Positions 10,584 to 21,236 of a DNA stretch of 64,000 nt are shown piece after piece; positions within the stretch are counted from its first letter, which is position 1; each line of letters begins with the position of its first letter. The DNA comes from Tubiluchus corallicola (lineage: Eukaryota > Animalia > Priapulida). Where the stretch lies: positions 124,001 through 188,000 of the forward strand of contig JAQGDQ010002388.1 in the NCBI GenBank assembly GCA_030141605.1. The letters are read 5' to 3'. The translations under genes and the position numbers were made by a program. Below the pieces are notes generated by a model. The model had not been told where the DNA came from, searched no databases, and saw only the letters and a program-made list of their open reading frames with translations.

Positions 10584-10677
10584 ATAGAGACCGACAACGA
10601 CCCAGAAAATCTTGGTACAGCTGCTTCCTTTCGGATCTGACTGGGTTAGCAAGGATTCTGTCCGTTGCGGCCTCCAT
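10584..10677 (-). ncRNA. ffs: Signal recognition particle 4.5S RNA
   Basis: Minus strand has GTCAGATCCGAAAGGAAGCAGC (SRP domain IV) in a long hairpin with pairing ends (ATGGAGGCCG / CGGTCTCTAT); conserved position upstream of dnaX. Confidence 0.95.
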
Positions 10678-10683
10678 CTACTG

Positions 10684-10712
10684 AGTATTTGAAAAAAAAA
10701 AGAAAAAATCAA
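10684..10712 (-). promoter_or_regulatory. Sigma70-type promoter for ffs
   Basis: TTGATT-N17-AATACT ending 6 nt before the predicted RNA 5' end. Confidence 0.55.
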
Positions 10713-10984
10713 GCCTTAATTTTTTTGCTGTTCATAAGCGGGGGAAAAACGGCCTTTACACCCTAGTTTTTTCTATTAAAGAATAAAGATAAAATAATGA
10801 AACGTTGTTTACATCATATTCTTGAGTCTATATAATTTACAGAAAATATTTAATTATCGTCAATTTTTCCAATGGTTAATTATTATCAACTTTTCAATTC
10901 ATACAATTTATCTATATTCAAAAGTAAAGTTTTCAGGGATTATTTCTATAATTTTTTAACTTAAACTCAAGGTGTCAATACGAA

Positions 10985-13300
10985 ATGAATATTATAAGCC
11001 GTTTTATTTGCCAGCGTTATTTAAAATTATTTCTTTTTCTTACTCTTTTTATCTCTATTTTTTCTCTTCAGGGCTGCGGTCGCTCTGATGAAACGGAGAA
11101 TTTATTAAAAGCAGCCTTAGAGCTCGATCGGGTTTGGATTACACTTTTAATGAATCGAGATATTCAGCAACAGAACGAATTGTTAGCATTAGCGATTGAA
11201 AAAACAAAAGACCTTATAACAAACTATCCTGACAGCGCTGAGGCCGTTTTACGCAAAGACAAGGATTTTAAACGATCTCTTTTTTCTTTAGAGTATGAAT
11301 ATGAGGCTTCTGAATATATTGTCGATAATGTGTTAACAAATATTGGATTTATCAAAACATTGCTGATTGACGAGAAACCTCTTGAGCCAGAATCCTGGGA
11401 AGATTTAAAAACGTTTATTTTTCATATGAACTATATTGAACTGAACTATTCTGACCGATGGGTAACGATGCTTCTTATCGACATGCTTCACAGCTTAGGG
11501 TTTTATACAGATCCTTTTCTTGTCAATCTATTGCTGGCTTCCCATACCAAAACGCCCTCAACGCTCACACCGCTTATCAGTAATATTTTGAATGAATGCG
11601 AGACATTGATCACAAGCAGGTTATTTGATATTGAGGAGGCCTCTATTGATGCTTTTGACGCATCCATTATGAAAAGCGAGATAAAGGATGAGAATATATT
11701 TGGCTATTATATGATGTTTTTCAAAGAAATAGGTGCTGAACTCAACCAGGCGTTTGACACGTCTTTTCGTAATCTTTCTCCTTTTCACTGCCTTGCTTTT
11801 TTGAATCAGACAGAGGCTCTTGATTTTATTATTGATGAGAATACACCTCTTGATATTCCTGACACCTACCATTGGACCCCTTTATATTTAGCGGCCTGGC
11901 AACAGAATGAGGATTCCGTAAAGCTTTTACTGGAAAAAGGAGCGTCTCCGCTTTCTGTAACAGAAGAAAAACAGCTTCCTGTTTTTCATATGCTTCCGGA
12001 GAATCCTGAAAGTGGCTATACAGAATCTGGGAAGCTTTTAATGGACGCGACGTTAGAAGCGGCATCCAACTTAAATAATCTACAGGCTCCTTATATTATT
12101 TTCTCGATCGCTGAATACGCAATCAAACATAGTTATGATGACTTTGTGCTTTCACTGATTCCTCTTTTCATTAACAATTTTTCAACACCGCAAGAAAAGG
12201 AGGGCGCCCTTAGTATTTTACTGTATGTTTCTATTGAAAAAAAGAAACCTGCTCTTATTCGTTATTTTATAGAGAATGGTGGCCGTATGAATCTTGCAGA
12301 TAGCACATCTGGCTTGAGTGCGCTTCATTTACTTGTTCAGGAGCGCAACTTAGAATTTCTATCGCTTGCTCTTGAGAAAGATCCAGACAGTGTTAATGTT
12401 GCCACAAAGCAGGAAGAGACTTCTTTGCTTATGGCGGTTAAAGATGATGATATTGATATAGTGAGGGTTCTTTTAAAAGCGGGCGCGAATCCTGATCTCG
12501 CGGATAAAAATGGTCAATTTCCGCTTCGCACTGCGATAGAGAATGATATGTTGGATATTGTTCATATTTTGTTGGATTATGGTGCTAATTTTAATGTTTT
12601 TGACCATGATAGGAATTCTCTTCTTCATCTTGCTATTGAAAAGGAAAGGCATGTTATTTTAAAAGCGCTTTTAAACTGGATGAACCCGAATGTTCTGACG
12701 TCAGACGGTAATACGCCTTTGCATTTAGCGGTTTTAAATAATGATCTGGTATCGGTTCAGCTTTTGCTTGATTTTAATATAGATCTTGATACACGTAACA
12801 TGAACGGGAATACGGCTTTACATATTGCTACTCATATGAAGAACGAGGAAATCTTCACGCAGATTTTTGACGCTGGCGCGTCTCTTCGTTTAAAGAATAA
12901 CAATCACAGAGAAGCTCTTCATATTGCGGCACAGTTAAACAATCTTTTTGTGCTGAAGCAGCTTATTCCTCTTTACAGTACCAGCTTTCTTAACATACAG
13001 GATGATGAAGGTTTTACGCCTTTGCATTGGGCGGTAAAGAATTATCATATTGATTCTGCTCGTCTTCTTTTAGAGTCGGGTGCGGATCCCAACAAGGCTT
13101 CTTTTGGTAAAGTAACGCCTTTACATCTGGCGGCTCAGAAGAGTGATCCGGATTTTACAAAGCTTCTTATAGAGTTTGACGCGGACATCAACGTGGTGGA
13201 TATTGATGGTTTGACGCCTTTATTTTACGCGGCTCAGAACGATAATCTGTCTGTTTTCAATTTACTACACTCTTATCATGCTTTATGGCTTGTAAAGTAG
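10985..13300 (+). CDS. Ankyrin-repeat protein with putative lipoprotein signal
   Basis: About 13 ANK repeats (TPLHLAV, TALHIAT, TPLHWAV, TPLFYAA...); N-terminal hydrophobic stretch ending SLQG-C. Confidence 0.88.
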   Translation: MNIISRFICQRYLKLFLFLTLFISIFSLQGCGRSDETENLLKAALELDRVWITLLMNRDIQQQNELLALAIEKTKDLITNYPDSAEAVLRKDKDFKRSLFSLEYEYEASEYIVDNVLTNIGFIKTLLIDEKPLEPESWEDLKTFIFHMNYIELNYSDRWVTMLLIDMLHSLGFYTDPFLVNLLLASHTKTPSTLTPLISNILNECETLITSRLFDIEEASIDAFDASIMKSEIKDENIFGYYMMFFKEIGAELNQAFDTSFRNLSPFHCLAFLNQTEALDFIIDENTPLDIPDTYHWTPLYLAAWQQNEDSVKLLLEKGASPLSVTEEKQLPVFHMLPENPESGYTESGKLLMDATLEAASNLNNLQAPYIIFSIAEYAIKHSYDDFVLSLIPLFINNFSTPQEKEGALSILLYVSIEKKKPALIRYFIENGGRMNLADSTSGLSALHLLVQERNLEFLSLALEKDPDSVNVATKQEETSLLMAVKDDDIDIVRVLLKAGANPDLADKNGQFPLRTAIENDMLDIVHILLDYGANFNVFDHDRNSLLHLAIEKERHVILKALLNWMNPNVLTSDGNTPLHLAVLNNDLVSVQLLLDFNIDLDTRNMNGNTALHIATHMKNEEIFTQIFDAGASLRLKNNNHREALHIAAQLNNLFVLKQLIPLYSTSFLNIQDDEGFTPLHWAVKNYHIDSARLLLESGADPNKASFGKVTPLHLAAQKSDPDFTKLLIEFDADINVVDIDGLTPLFYAAQNDNLSVFNLLHSYHALWLVK

Positions 13301-13357
13301 GCGGTTGTTTTTTAATCCATGAAGTAAGCGAACTATATAAACTGGGAGGATATACTT

Positions 13358-14257
13358 ATGGCTCAGACAGTTGCTCCACAAACGATTGCTTTTATTGGCC
13401 TTGGCACTATGGGTTTTTTTATGGCTGGCCATCTTAGCGATCATTATGACGTTATTGTTTATAACAGGACGGTTAAAAAGGCTGAGAAGTGGCTTAATTG
13501 TTACCATGGCAAGCGAACAGAGACAATTTCGCAGGCTGTGGCTCTTGCGGATATGGTGATAATTTGTGTCGGGGATGATTCTGATCTTCGCGAAGTTATG
13601 TCAGCGAAGGATGGCATTCTTGATGGCTTAAGGCCTGGGACATGTGTAATTGATCACAGCACGACTTCCGCGACAGTTGCTCAGGAGGTCGCAATTCTCG
13701 TTGAGCAAGCGAAGGGGTATTTTTTTGATGCGCCGGTTTCTGGTGGTCAGGTTGGTGCTCAGAAGGGCCAGTTAACGATTATGGCGGGAGGTCCTAAGGA
13801 GCTTTTTTCTGTTCTTCAGCCTGTTTTGCAGCATTATGCTTGTTCTCTTATTCATATGGGAGAGAACGGTTCTGGTCAGCAGACAAAGATGGTCAATCAA
13901 ATTTGTATTGCTGGTTTACTTCAGGCTTTATCCGAGGGTCTTGCGTTGTCTAGGCGTATGAATTTAGATTCTCAGAAGATGTTTCATGTTCTGACCAAGG
14001 GAGCGGCGGCTTCTTGGCAGATGCAGAATCGTACAGCGACGATGTTAAGTGATGAGTTTGACTTTGGGTTTTCGGTTGACTTAATGCGGAAAGATCTTCG
14101 TATTTGCCTTGAGGAATCTGAGAAATATCATCTTGATTTACCGGTAAGTGCGCTTGTGGATCAGTTTTATAAAAAGCTTCAGTGTTTGGGATATGGTCAT
14201 GAGGATACCTCTTCTTTAATTCGTCTTTTAGGGAAAGAGTCTGGAGAGAGTCAATGA
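13358..14257 (+). CDS. NAD(P)-dependent beta-hydroxyacid dehydrogenase (3-hydroxyisobutyrate/tartronate semialdehyde reductase family)
   Basis: AFIGLGTMG, DAPVSGG, GQQTKMVNQ (catalytic Lys), GFSVDLMRKDL. Confidence 0.93.
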   Translation: MAQTVAPQTIAFIGLGTMGFFMAGHLSDHYDVIVYNRTVKKAEKWLNCYHGKRTETISQAVALADMVIICVGDDSDLREVMSAKDGILDGLRPGTCVIDHSTTSATVAQEVAILVEQAKGYFFDAPVSGGQVGAQKGQLTIMAGGPKELFSVLQPVLQHYACSLIHMGENGSGQQTKMVNQICIAGLLQALSEGLALSRRMNLDSQKMFHVLTKGAAASWQMQNRTATMLSDEFDFGFSVDLMRKDLRICLEESEKYHLDLPVSALVDQFYKKLQCLGYGHEDTSSLIRLLGKESGESQ

Positions 14258-15594
14258 GCAAATTTTCTTTTTTGAAAGGAGCGGGCGGCAAGCTTATTTT
14301 AATGATGATATTTTTCAATGCACTTTTTTTTGCGGGGGGATATTTTCTATTTTACTATTTTTATGTAAGTATTTTTATGCTTGCGGTTTATTTTTTATCT
14401 TTTATTATTTTATTATTTTTCGTGTCTTCTTTTTGGTGGAAGTATATTTTTTCTGTTCCTTTTCAAGAGGCACAGGGGAGTTTTCAGCGCTATAGGATTG
14501 GAGAGAAAGAGAGTCAGATTTATCTTCCGAAAAATCCTTCTCATGAGCTCTATCCTCTAGTTCAGGAGGCGAATCTTATTTTGGGGCAGTATGAGAATAT
14601 TATTTCCTCTCAGTATGAAGAAATGTGTCAGGCGTCGGAACGTGAGTCTTTTCAGGACAAGCACCTTAAGGAGATCGTTCATTCAATAGAGGATCTTGAA
14701 AAAACGCATGAATTAACAACTCAGCATGCTAGAGAGGTTTTGGAATTTTTGCCTGTTCCGCTTGTGATTATAAGCCATGAGGGGATTGTTTTATTTTGCA
14801 ACAAGGCTTGGGTTGAGCTTTTAAAGTATCCTTTGGAAAAAGAAACGCTTTATCAGACGAATTTTCTTGATCTTTTTTTATCGACAAGCCGGAGTCATTT
14901 TCAATTCATGATTGAAAAGGCGATTATGGAACATGATCTGCTTTCGTATTATTATACAGCTTCGTTTAAGGACAAGGGGAAACGAGCTTTATTTGTGCAG
15001 ATGAATCTGTGTGAATATGAGCATGAGAATCAGATTACACATGCGGTTCTTTGTACAATGACAAACACGCATAAAATGCGTAAGCTTGAGGATCGTTTAA
15101 AGCTTCTTGAGATCACGGATTCTGTTACGGGCCTTTATACAAAGCGGCATTTTATAACTTTGTGTAATTATGAGGTCAAGCGTTTTTTGCGTTATAAGCA
15201 CCCTCTTACGATTATGGTTATTGATTGCAATAATTTAGCGATTCCCAAAGAGAGTGACACGCCTGCCAATCGTGAGAAAGTTTTACGTACGATCGCCCAA
15301 ACTTGTAAGAAGATCATACGAGTTACGGATATTTTTGGCAGAACGGATCAGCAGCAGATTGCCATTGCTTTAACGGAGACCTCTATACAGAATGCTCTGA
15401 GTGCCGCCAATCGTTTATCGGAAACTGTTCGATTAATTCCGTTTAAGTTTAACGATACTGGTGTGAAGCCTTACCGTGCTCAATTTAAGATTGGTCTTGC
15501 GACGCCTACTTACAAAGAAAAGACAATTTATCCTGCTATGGCACGCGCTTACAGCAGTATTATAAAGCTTTATTCAGAAAGCGATAGTACTTAA
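14254..15594 (+). CDS. Membrane-anchored PAS plus degenerate GGDEF domain protein
   Basis: Two N-terminal TM helices, PAS-like LEFLPVPLVIISHEGIVLFCN, TDSVTGLY entry motif, IRVTDIFGRTDQQQI in place of RxxD..GRxGGEEF. Confidence 0.82.
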   Translation: MSKFSFLKGAGGKLILMMIFFNALFFAGGYFLFYYFYVSIFMLAVYFLSFIILLFFVSSFWWKYIFSVPFQEAQGSFQRYRIGEKESQIYLPKNPSHELYPLVQEANLILGQYENIISSQYEEMCQASERESFQDKHLKEIVHSIEDLEKTHELTTQHAREVLEFLPVPLVIISHEGIVLFCNKAWVELLKYPLEKETLYQTNFLDLFLSTSRSHFQFMIEKAIMEHDLLSYYYTASFKDKGKRALFVQMNLCEYEHENQITHAVLCTMTNTHKMRKLEDRLKLLEITDSVTGLYTKRHFITLCNYEVKRFLRYKHPLTIMVIDCNNLAIPKESDTPANREKVLRTIAQTCKKIIRVTDIFGRTDQQQIAIALTETSIQNALSAANRLSETVRLIPFKFNDTGVKPYRAQFKIGLATPTYKEKTIYPAMARAYSSIIKLYSESDST

Positions 15595-15698
15595 AGCGCG
15601 CGAGGGGATCTGCGTTTATTTTGGCTTTCCTGATTTTCTTCTATGGGAGTGTGGTAAAGCCGCTTTCCAATGGTAAAAAGTGTGATATAAAACGACTT

Positions 15699-17282
15699 TT
15701 ATGATAGAGAGCGAATAGTCCATTCAATCACTTTATGGAAGCTGACATCTTTTACATGTAGGATGATTGTATGGATATTTTTGTCATAAAGGAGTTTTCC
15801 GGATTCTTTATCATCTTTTCTGCGGGAGGATATTGCCCAGGAGAAATTCCATTGTTCATTATGTGATGTTTTTATGGTTATTTGCTCTTCTTGCAGAATC
15901 AGGGGGATACAATGGGGATGCAGGTGAAAATGGAGGAAATAGTCTTTTTTTCTATCATGGCACCCTCCTTCTTTTCCGGCGATTTGTTTTCCATTTTCTG
16001 ATAAAGTTATTGTTCGCTCGAGCAGTAAATTCTTAGTAGATTGCAATTTGTCTTTTTTATACTTCCGCAAGATCATATGCTGGAGATCATTTTCTTTTCG
16101 GTAGTTGAATTCATGGATATACGCTTGTGCAAGGAAGGGAAATCTCTGGTTTGTTTTAAGGAAGGCTCCTGTGATAATTCGCTCTTGTTTATGGCTGATT
16201 TCAAATCCCATTTTTCCTTTAGAGCTATTTTTCACCTTGTTTTTTTTAGGAATGGAGAGCCCTCCCCTATCAAAGAGCATGACGGTTTCTCCAGCTTCCA
16301 TTCGGGCAAAGCCGCTATAAGGGAGTGTATTGAAAGGGGTGCTACTTAGGGCGGCTGCTGTAAGGGTTGCGCTTAAGGAAAGCTTTGTACTTTCTACGCC
16401 TTTGTTAAAGACGGCTAATGTCCCATCACTGTGCCGTAATGTTCTTAAGGCAGGTGCCATCCGATCGATCGTTTGCCTCAGGGAGTTTAAAGGAGGAAAT
16501 TTGGCTTTTCCCATCATATTGCCAAGCTCAATAAAAGCTCTTAGGAGTGTTTCCATTTCCGATGGGACGCGTCCTATATGCCCTCCATCTTCAAGGATTT
16601 GCTGATCGATATTTATTTTCAAAAGCGCCCATATATCTTTTTGCACCTGAGACTGTGGCTTTCCGAAAATAAGTTCCGCGAATGCAAGAACAATGAGAGC
16701 ATAAAGCTGTTGAAAAGAGGGGTTTTGTGATAAAATACGATATAGTAAATCATTTCTCTGCAAGAAGAGCGATTCCCATAATCGTCTTTTTAAAAGAGGG
16801 TGCATTTTATTTTCAAGAAATGACCAACTAACGATTATATTATGGATTCGCGAGGCCATAATAAAAAGGGACCACGGATCTCCATTCATTTCTTTATGGT
16901 AATATAGGGCAAGCCATTCTTCGACAAGATCGCAAGCTTTTTGAGCGGCTTGTGTTGACCCGACTGCTGACAAATGTCTCAGCCATAGAAAGCTATGGAG
17001 TGTATAGACATCTTCTCCGGAGAGTTTTTTAGGAAGCGTGCGAAATCCTTCAAAGGGTGTTTTCTGATATTTTAATACCATACTTCCAAACAGAATTTTA
17101 TGCCCGATTTCCACATTTCCTGGAAAGATTTTCCACTTTAAGGAGGAAATTTCAGGAATAGTGTTTGTCTTTTGTAAGAAAGACACCCATACTTTACGGT
17201 AATAGTCACGAGGATAGAGATATTTTCTGCACCGTAAAAAGAAGGGTGCTTTTAAAGATGAATACTGAAAAAAACGATTCAT
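15699..17282 (-). CDS. Heparinase II/III-family protein (alphaproteobacterial type), degenerate
   Basis: LHSFLWLRHL, QILEDGGHIGR, IDRMAPALRTLRHSDGTLAVFN, FHLHP. Confidence 0.8.
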   Translation of the reverse strand: MNRFFQYSSLKAPFFLRCRKYLYPRDYYRKVWVSFLQKTNTIPEISSLKWKIFPGNVEIGHKILFGSMVLKYQKTPFEGFRTLPKKLSGEDVYTLHSFLWLRHLSAVGSTQAAQKACDLVEEWLALYYHKEMNGDPWSLFIMASRIHNIIVSWSFLENKMHPLLKRRLWESLFLQRNDLLYRILSQNPSFQQLYALIVLAFAELIFGKPQSQVQKDIWALLKINIDQQILEDGGHIGRVPSEMETLLRAFIELGNMMGKAKFPPLNSLRQTIDRMAPALRTLRHSDGTLAVFNKGVESTKLSLSATLTAAALSSTPFNTLPYSGFARMEAGETVMLFDRGGLSIPKKNKVKNSSKGKMGFEISHKQERIITGAFLKTNQRFPFLAQAYIHEFNYRKENDLQHMILRKYKKDKLQSTKNLLLERTITLSENGKQIAGKEGGCHDRKKDYFLHFHLHPHCIPLILQEEQITIKTSHNEQWNFSWAISSRRKDDKESGKLLYDKNIHTIILHVKDVSFHKVIEWTIRSLS

Positions 17283-17369
17283 TGACTCTCCAGTGCCAGG
17301 ATCATTGCTTGATAACGCATTTTTTATAAAAAACCTTTGTGTATTTTATTTTTTTTATAGTAGCATAAT

Positions 17370-18161
17370 TTACAGTGTATCTTCTATTATTTCCATTTTA
17401 TGAATTGTAGAGCAGACGGGGCATTTCATATCTCTTTGTAATTTTGTTTCCTGAAATGTTCCTTTTAATCCATTGATTTTTATCAATCGGCCGCTCATTC
17501 CTTGCCCTATCGAGGTTAATTCCTTAATGATTTCAACAGCCTGCAAAGATCCAAGCACGCCACAAAGAGCTCCCATAACGCCTGCTGTTGCAGCTGTTGG
17601 CACAGAACCCTCTTCCGGCAGTGTATGATAAAGGCAATGATAGCATGGGAATTGTTTTCCTTTCAGCCATGCTTTATAAGTTGTCATTTGCGCGCTAAAT
17701 CGTACGATAGACGCTGATACTTGTGGTATTTTCAGTTGTGTCGCTGCTTTATTGATGGCAAATCGTGTTGGGAAATTATCGCATGCGACAGCTATTATAT
17801 CATACCCTTGAAGCAAGAATTTTGCGTTCTCATCTGTCAGGCGTTTTTGGATACAGGTCAGTTGAACATCCGGATTAATGTCGCGTAGAGTCTCTTGTGC
17901 GCTATAGACTTTTTCTTTTCCGATATTGCCTGTTTTATGGATCACTTGTCGCTGAAGATTGCTTAAACTGACTGTATCGTCATCGACCAGCCCTATGGTA
18001 CCGATTCCGGAAGCCGCGAGATAAATCAGCAGAGGAGAACCCAGCCCCCCTGCCCCAATAACGAGAACATTAGCACCCAGCAGTTTTTTCTGCCCCTTTT
18101 CTCCTAACTCTTCTAAAAGCATATGGCGAGAGAATCGTTCTTTTTGATTTTTTGTTAACAT
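17370..18161 (-). CDS. moeB: MoeB/ThiF-family adenylyltransferase
   Basis: RFSRH, VIGAGGLGSP, SLSNLQRQ, DNFPTR, two CxxC Zn motifs; ATG 18161 preferred over TTG 18209. Confidence 0.85.
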   Translation of the reverse strand: MLTKNQKERFSRHMLLEELGEKGQKKLLGANVLVIGAGGLGSPLLIYLAASGIGTIGLVDDDTVSLSNLQRQVIHKTGNIGKEKVYSAQETLRDINPDVQLTCIQKRLTDENAKFLLQGYDIIAVACDNFPTRFAINKAATQLKIPQVSASIVRFSAQMTTYKAWLKGKQFPCYHCLYHTLPEEGSVPTAATAGVMGALCGVLGSLQAVEIIKELTSIGQGMSGRLIKINGLKGTFQETKLQRDMKCPVCSTIHKMEIIEDTL

Positions 18162-18404
18162 TCCTTTATTTTCCTTAAGCGAGTTATTTGCGGCGCGTTG
18201 GTTTGTCAAAACGCTTTTATAGCAATTTTTGCTATTTTTTTATGCGCCTTTTTCAGAACATTCGTTGAAAACGGTCTGTTTTAAATAGCAGCCTTGTGGC
18301 AAGTTTAAGTCTACACATGCCTTTTTTTCAGCTTATTAATTTAAAAAGCGTGTCTGAAAGATGTTATAAGGCATGTCTCAATTAAAAATAATGTTTATAA
18401 AGCC

Positions 18405-21236
18405 TTATAGCTGATTATTCAGGTAGGGTTTCAGATAATGCCCTGTGAAACTTTCTGGCTTTGTTGCGATTGTTTCCGGTGTTCCCTGGGCAATAATTTC
18501 ACCTCCTGCGCTTCCTCCTTCTGGCCCGATGTCAATAATCCAATCTGCGTTTTTAATCACATCAAGGTTATGCTCAATGACAATGACAGTATTTCCGGCG
18601 TTAACAAGCTCGTGAATAACCTGCAAGAGGCGTTCAATATCCGCAAAATGGAGCCCTGTAGTCGGCTCATCAAGTATATAGAGTGTTTTTCCGGTCATTT
18701 TCCGTACGAGTTCACGAGAAAGCCGCATTCTTTGAGCCTCTCCTCCTGACAGGGTCGTCGCCTGTTGCCCAAGTTGTATATATCCGAGACCAATTCTCCG
18801 CAAGATTTCCAAGCGATTTTTAATTGCGGGTATAGCTTGGAAAAATTCCAATGCTTCATCAACAGTCATGGCGAGAATATCGGAGATTGTTTTTCCTTTA
18901 AATGTAACGGCAAGTGTTTCTCTGTTATAGCGTAGTCCTTTACAGACTTCGCACTGTACATAGACATCGGGTAGAAAGTGCATTTCCACTTTGATAACGC
19001 CGGCGCCTTTACAGGATTCGCATCGCCCCCCTTTAACATTAAAAGAGAATCGCCCTGGAGTATATCCTCGTGCTTTTGCTTCCGGCAGTGCTGCCATCCA
19101 TTCACGTATCAAGGTAAAGATCCCTGTGTAAGTTGCGGGGTTAGATCGAGGAGTTCGCCCGATGGGGGATTGATCGACATCAATTACTTTATCGATTTGC
19201 TCTATTCCTTTTATGGATTTGAGAGACGCGACGCTTTCTTTTGCTCCATAGAGATGTCGTGCAATTGAGCGGTATAATGTTTCAATCACCAATGTTGATT
19301 TTCCAGAACCTGAAACACCTGTAATACATATGAATTTTTCCAAAGGAAAGTGAACATCTATATTTTTCAGATTATTTCCACTCGCTTTATAAAGAGAGAG
19401 TGTTTTTCCGTTTCCTTTTCGTCTTTTTTCAGGAACTGAGATAGATCTTTTTCCGCTGAGAAAGTCTCCTGTTATGCTTTCCGGCGTTTCCATAATGGAA
19501 TTGATATCGCCTTGCGCGACGATTTTTCCGCCATGTATACCGGCTCCCGGCCCTATATCGATCACATGATCCGCGTTGCGGATGGCTTCTTCGTCATGTT
19601 CAACGACAATAACGGTATTGCCGAGATCACGCAGGCGATACAATGTTTTCAAAAGGCGGTTATTATCGCGCTGATGGAGCCCAATTGACGGCTCGTCCAG
19701 CACATACAGCACGCCGACAAGGCCGGATCCTATTTGGGAAGCAAGCCGAATTCTTTGGCTTTCCCCTCCCGAGAGTGTCCGAGAAGCGCGAGAGAGCGTC
19801 AGATACCCCAGTCCGATATTGTTAAGGAATTCGATTCTTTCTTTAATTTCCCGTAATATTGGGCGCGCGATTGTGATTTGCTTTTTGGTGAGTATTGTTT
19901 CCACCTCTTTAATCCATGCGCTAAAACGCCGGATAGAAAGCGCAGAGACTTCTCCTATATGGGCGTGATTTATTTTAACAGCGAGCGCTTCTTCTTTTAA
20001 TCGCCATCCTTTGCAGTGGTGGCAGATTTTCTGTGACTGGTATTTTGCCAGATCTTCTCTGACTTGGTTTGAGTTTGTTTCTTTCCATCGTCGTGCCAGG
20101 TTTGGGATGATGCCTTCGAATTTTCGTTTTGTTTTATAGACGCTATTTTTATTACTATAAACGATGGGAATAACGGTATCTCCCGATCCATTCAGGATGA
20201 TATTCTGGATTTTTTCAGAGAGGGATGAGAAAGGATCTGATATATTGAAATTATAATAGTTTGCCAGGGATTCGATTGTTTGAAAGAGGTAGGTGGAGGA
20301 TGAATTCGACCACAAGCCTATTGCGTCTCTCAAGGGGGCATCTGGTTTTGTTACAATAAGGTCTATATCGAAATAAACCTCTGTTCCAAGGCCGTCGCAT
20401 GAGGGGCAGGCGCCGAAAGGATTATTGAAGGAAAAAAGCTTCGGTTCGATTTCTTCGATTGTAAATCCGGATACAGGGCAGACGAATTGTTCTGAGAAGA
20501 TTATTTTTTCATTGTTTTCAGCGTCTTCTATAACGGCGATTCCACCGGCGAGGCGCAAGGCGGTTTCTAAGCTGTCGGCGAGTCTTTCCTCGATATTCTC
20601 TTTTAAGATCAAGCGATCGACAATAACCTCTATATCGTGTTTATATGTTTTTTTCAGTGGAGGGACATCTTCAATATCGTAGAGAATTTGATCGACGCGC
20701 AAGCGCTGATACCCTTGTTTTTGCAACTCTTGTATTTCTTTTTTATATTCTCCTTTTCGCCCTCGTACTATGGGAGCTATCACATAGAAGCGCATATTTT
20801 TTTTCATATGCATGATGCGGTCGACCATTTGCGAGACTGTTTGACTTTCTACGGGAAGCCCTGTTGTAGGTGAGTATGCTGTCCCGATGCGAGCGAACAT
20901 GAGTCTTAAATAGTCATAAATTTCTGTAACGGTTCCGACTGTGGAGCGTAGATTTCTGGAAGCGGTTTTTTGCTCAATAGAGATAGCGGGTGATAGTCCG
21001 TCTATTCCGTCTACATCTGGTTTTTGCATAAGCTCGAGGAATTGTCTTGCGTATGCCGAGAGGGATTCGACATAGCGGCGTTGCCCTTCTGCATAGATTG
21101 TATCAAATGCCAGAGATGATTTACCTGAGCCGGACACACCTGTTATGACGATAAATTCATCGCGTGGAATCTGCAGGTATATATTATCCAGATTATGTTC
21201 GCGTGCCCCTCGAATATTGATATTCTGTTCTGACAC
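18405..21236 (-). CDS. uvrA: Excinuclease ABC subunit A
   Basis: GAREHNL, two GVSGSGKS Walker A motifs, two LSGGE signatures, Zn fingers. Confidence 0.99.
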   Translation of the reverse strand: MSEQNINIRGAREHNLDNIYLQIPRDEFIVITGVSGSGKSSLAFDTIYAEGQRRYVESLSAYARQFLELMQKPDVDGIDGLSPAISIEQKTASRNLRSTVGTVTEIYDYLRLMFARIGTAYSPTTGLPVESQTVSQMVDRIMHMKKNMRFYVIAPIVRGRKGEYKKEIQELQKQGYQRLRVDQILYDIEDVPPLKKTYKHDIEVIVDRLILKENIEERLADSLETALRLAGGIAVIEDAENNEKIIFSEQFVCPVSGFTIEEIEPKLFSFNNPFGACPSCDGLGTEVYFDIDLIVTKPDAPLRDAIGLWSNSSSTYLFQTIESLANYYNFNISDPFSSLSEKIQNIILNGSGDTVIPIVYSNKNSVYKTKRKFEGIIPNLARRWKETNSNQVREDLAKYQSQKICHHCKGWRLKEEALAVKINHAHIGEVSALSIRRFSAWIKEVETILTKKQITIARPILREIKERIEFLNNIGLGYLTLSRASRTLSGGESQRIRLASQIGSGLVGVLYVLDEPSIGLHQRDNNRLLKTLYRLRDLGNTVIVVEHDEEAIRNADHVIDIGPGAGIHGGKIVAQGDINSIMETPESITGDFLSGKRSISVPEKRRKGNGKTLSLYKASGNNLKNIDVHFPLEKFICITGVSGSGKSTLVIETLYRSIARHLYGAKESVASLKSIKGIEQIDKVIDVDQSPIGRTPRSNPATYTGIFTLIREWMAALPEAKARGYTPGRFSFNVKGGRCESCKGAGVIKVEMHFLPDVYVQCEVCKGLRYNRETLAVTFKGKTISDILAMTVDEALEFFQAIPAIKNRLEILRRIGLGYIQLGQQATTLSGGEAQRMRLSRELVRKMTGKTLYILDEPTTGLHFADIERLLQVIHELVNAGNTVIVIEHNLDVIKNADWIIDIGPEGGSAGGEIIAQGTPETIATKPESFTGHYLKPYLNNQL

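Noticed and set aside
10455-10640. Short ORFs overlapping the dnaX start and upstream region
   Set aside because: Explained by ffs RNA and dnaX; no independent coding signal
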